Part shown: piece by piece, positions 62,832 through 64,000 of the stretch
Layout: each line of letters opens with the position of its first letter
How positions within the stretch are numbered: position 1 is the stretch's first letter
The notes under the pieces: generated by a model
The model's database searches: none
Seen by the model: the letters and a program-made list of their open reading frames with translations, nothing else
Told to the model about the DNA's origin: nothing
NCBI GenBank assembly: GCA_002269645.1
Contig: NIVC01001001.1
Coordinates: 1 to 64,000 of the forward strand
DNA: 64,000 nt
Direction of reading: 5' to 3'
Source: Macrostomum lignano
Taxonomy: Eukaryota
Translations under genes and position numbers: made by a program

Positions 62832-63644
62832 CACATCATTGACTCTTAGTCAACCCGCAGCTAGCGAGAAGGCCAGCAGGCATTCACCATCCCGCTGGCC
62901 TCCGAGCACGAACACGCAGGCACGGCGCTCATACAGAGTGTACAGGGTACAGCGGCCCTCGACTCTCCCTTTTGAAGCTCGTGGTCGCCAACTTTTTTTC
63001 GCGATACATAATTTTATAATATGCTACTTACTTACTAAGTAGTATCAACCATGATAGTTCCATCATTAATCCTTTAAAAACAGTTATATATATATAAGCA
63101 AAACTTCAAATTCATATTTAAATACATGCAATTTAATAAAGTACTTTTAAGCAAAAACCTTTAAAGTGTATTTATAATAAATGATTATTAACCAAAACAA
63201 TAAAACGAGAAGTACAAGACCTTATGCTTCGAGTACAAGTGCACTTTAAACCAATCGAATAAATATCATAAATTGCACATAAATATGTTTTATATCAATA
63301 TGAAGTATTTTCGCAGGCACCAAAACAGCAGCACTAAGTAGAACAGAAAATATGCATATTAAGTCTGTCTTAAATTTGATATGCTTTTCCGACATTTCTT
63401 GGAAAACATACGCAAGTTAATTGACAGACAAAAACTAGAAAAATCTAAGCTAACAAGAAATTAAGCGGAGTGGCTATTGTTTGTTTTAAGAAACACTCAA
63501 AATTTGCAACAAGTTTCGTCACTTCAAATTTGTTGACCGCGGAGGTCAATAGAGAAAGACAGAAGCACAAGATGCTAAAAATGTGGCGTTAAAATTGCTC
63601 TAAATCTTTATACGATACCATAAGATTAGGAAAACAGATGACAG

Positions 63645-64000
63645 TATGACTGACTGACTGACTGACTGACTGACTGACTGACTGACTGACTGACTGACTG
63701 ACTGACTGACTGACTGACTGACTGACTGACTGACTGACTGACTGACTGACTGACTGACTGACTGACTGACTGACTGACTGACTGACTGACTGACTGACTG
63801 ACTGACTGACTGACTGACTGACTGACTGACTGACTGACTGACTGACTGACTGACTGACTGACTGACTGACTGACTGACTGACTGACTGACTGACTGACTG
63901 ACTGACTGACTGACTGACTGACTGACTGACTGACTGACTGACTGACTGACTGACTGACTGACTGACTGACTGACTGACTGACTGACTGACTGACTGACTG
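63645..64000. repeat. (GACT)n microsatellite running off the window end
   Basis: Perfect tetranucleotide array. Confidence 0.99.

Noticed and set aside
62343-63000. Protein-like short minus-strand frames flanking SINE copy 2
   Set aside because: No recognisable domain, start or splice structure, so a CDS call is unsupported.

Overview
Eukaryotic (animal) genomic DNA with spliceosomal introns; no prokaryotic features or CRISPR arrays. The gene set (boule-like, USP, DNAH1) and the GC-rich exons with minisatellite-filled introns resemble the flatworm Macrostomum, but that assignment is my inference. Genes: the 3' part of an axonemal dynein heavy chain (DNAH1-like, 15 exons, <1-13020, +), NUDT2-like (+), boule-like RRM (-, intronless), two orphan ORFs (-), MARCH1/8-like E3 ligase (-), a universal stress protein (+), NCBP3-like (+, intronless), Rab29/Rab32-family GTPase (+) and a CCDC154-like coiled-coil gene (-, 6 exons). 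About 27 tandem arrays occur, most of them intronic. Mobile elements: a tRNA-Glu-derived SINE (2 copies plus related fragments); a 2.3-kb hAT-type element with a perfect 8-bp TSD holding a nested mariner relic, a nested MITE and a coiled-coil exon ending in a PIP-box-like motif; two copies of a ~690-bp foldback MITE; and a mariner-type MITE. Most unusual observations: TIR arms that co-vary within each MITE copy, a ~5.7-kb CpG-stripped domain enriched in TAGGCCTA, window-wide TACTCGTA enrichment, one 28-bp minisatellite at three separate sites, and a possible bicistronic transcript. All homology calls come from motif recognition by eye, not database searches. Repeat boundaries and counts are hand estimates.
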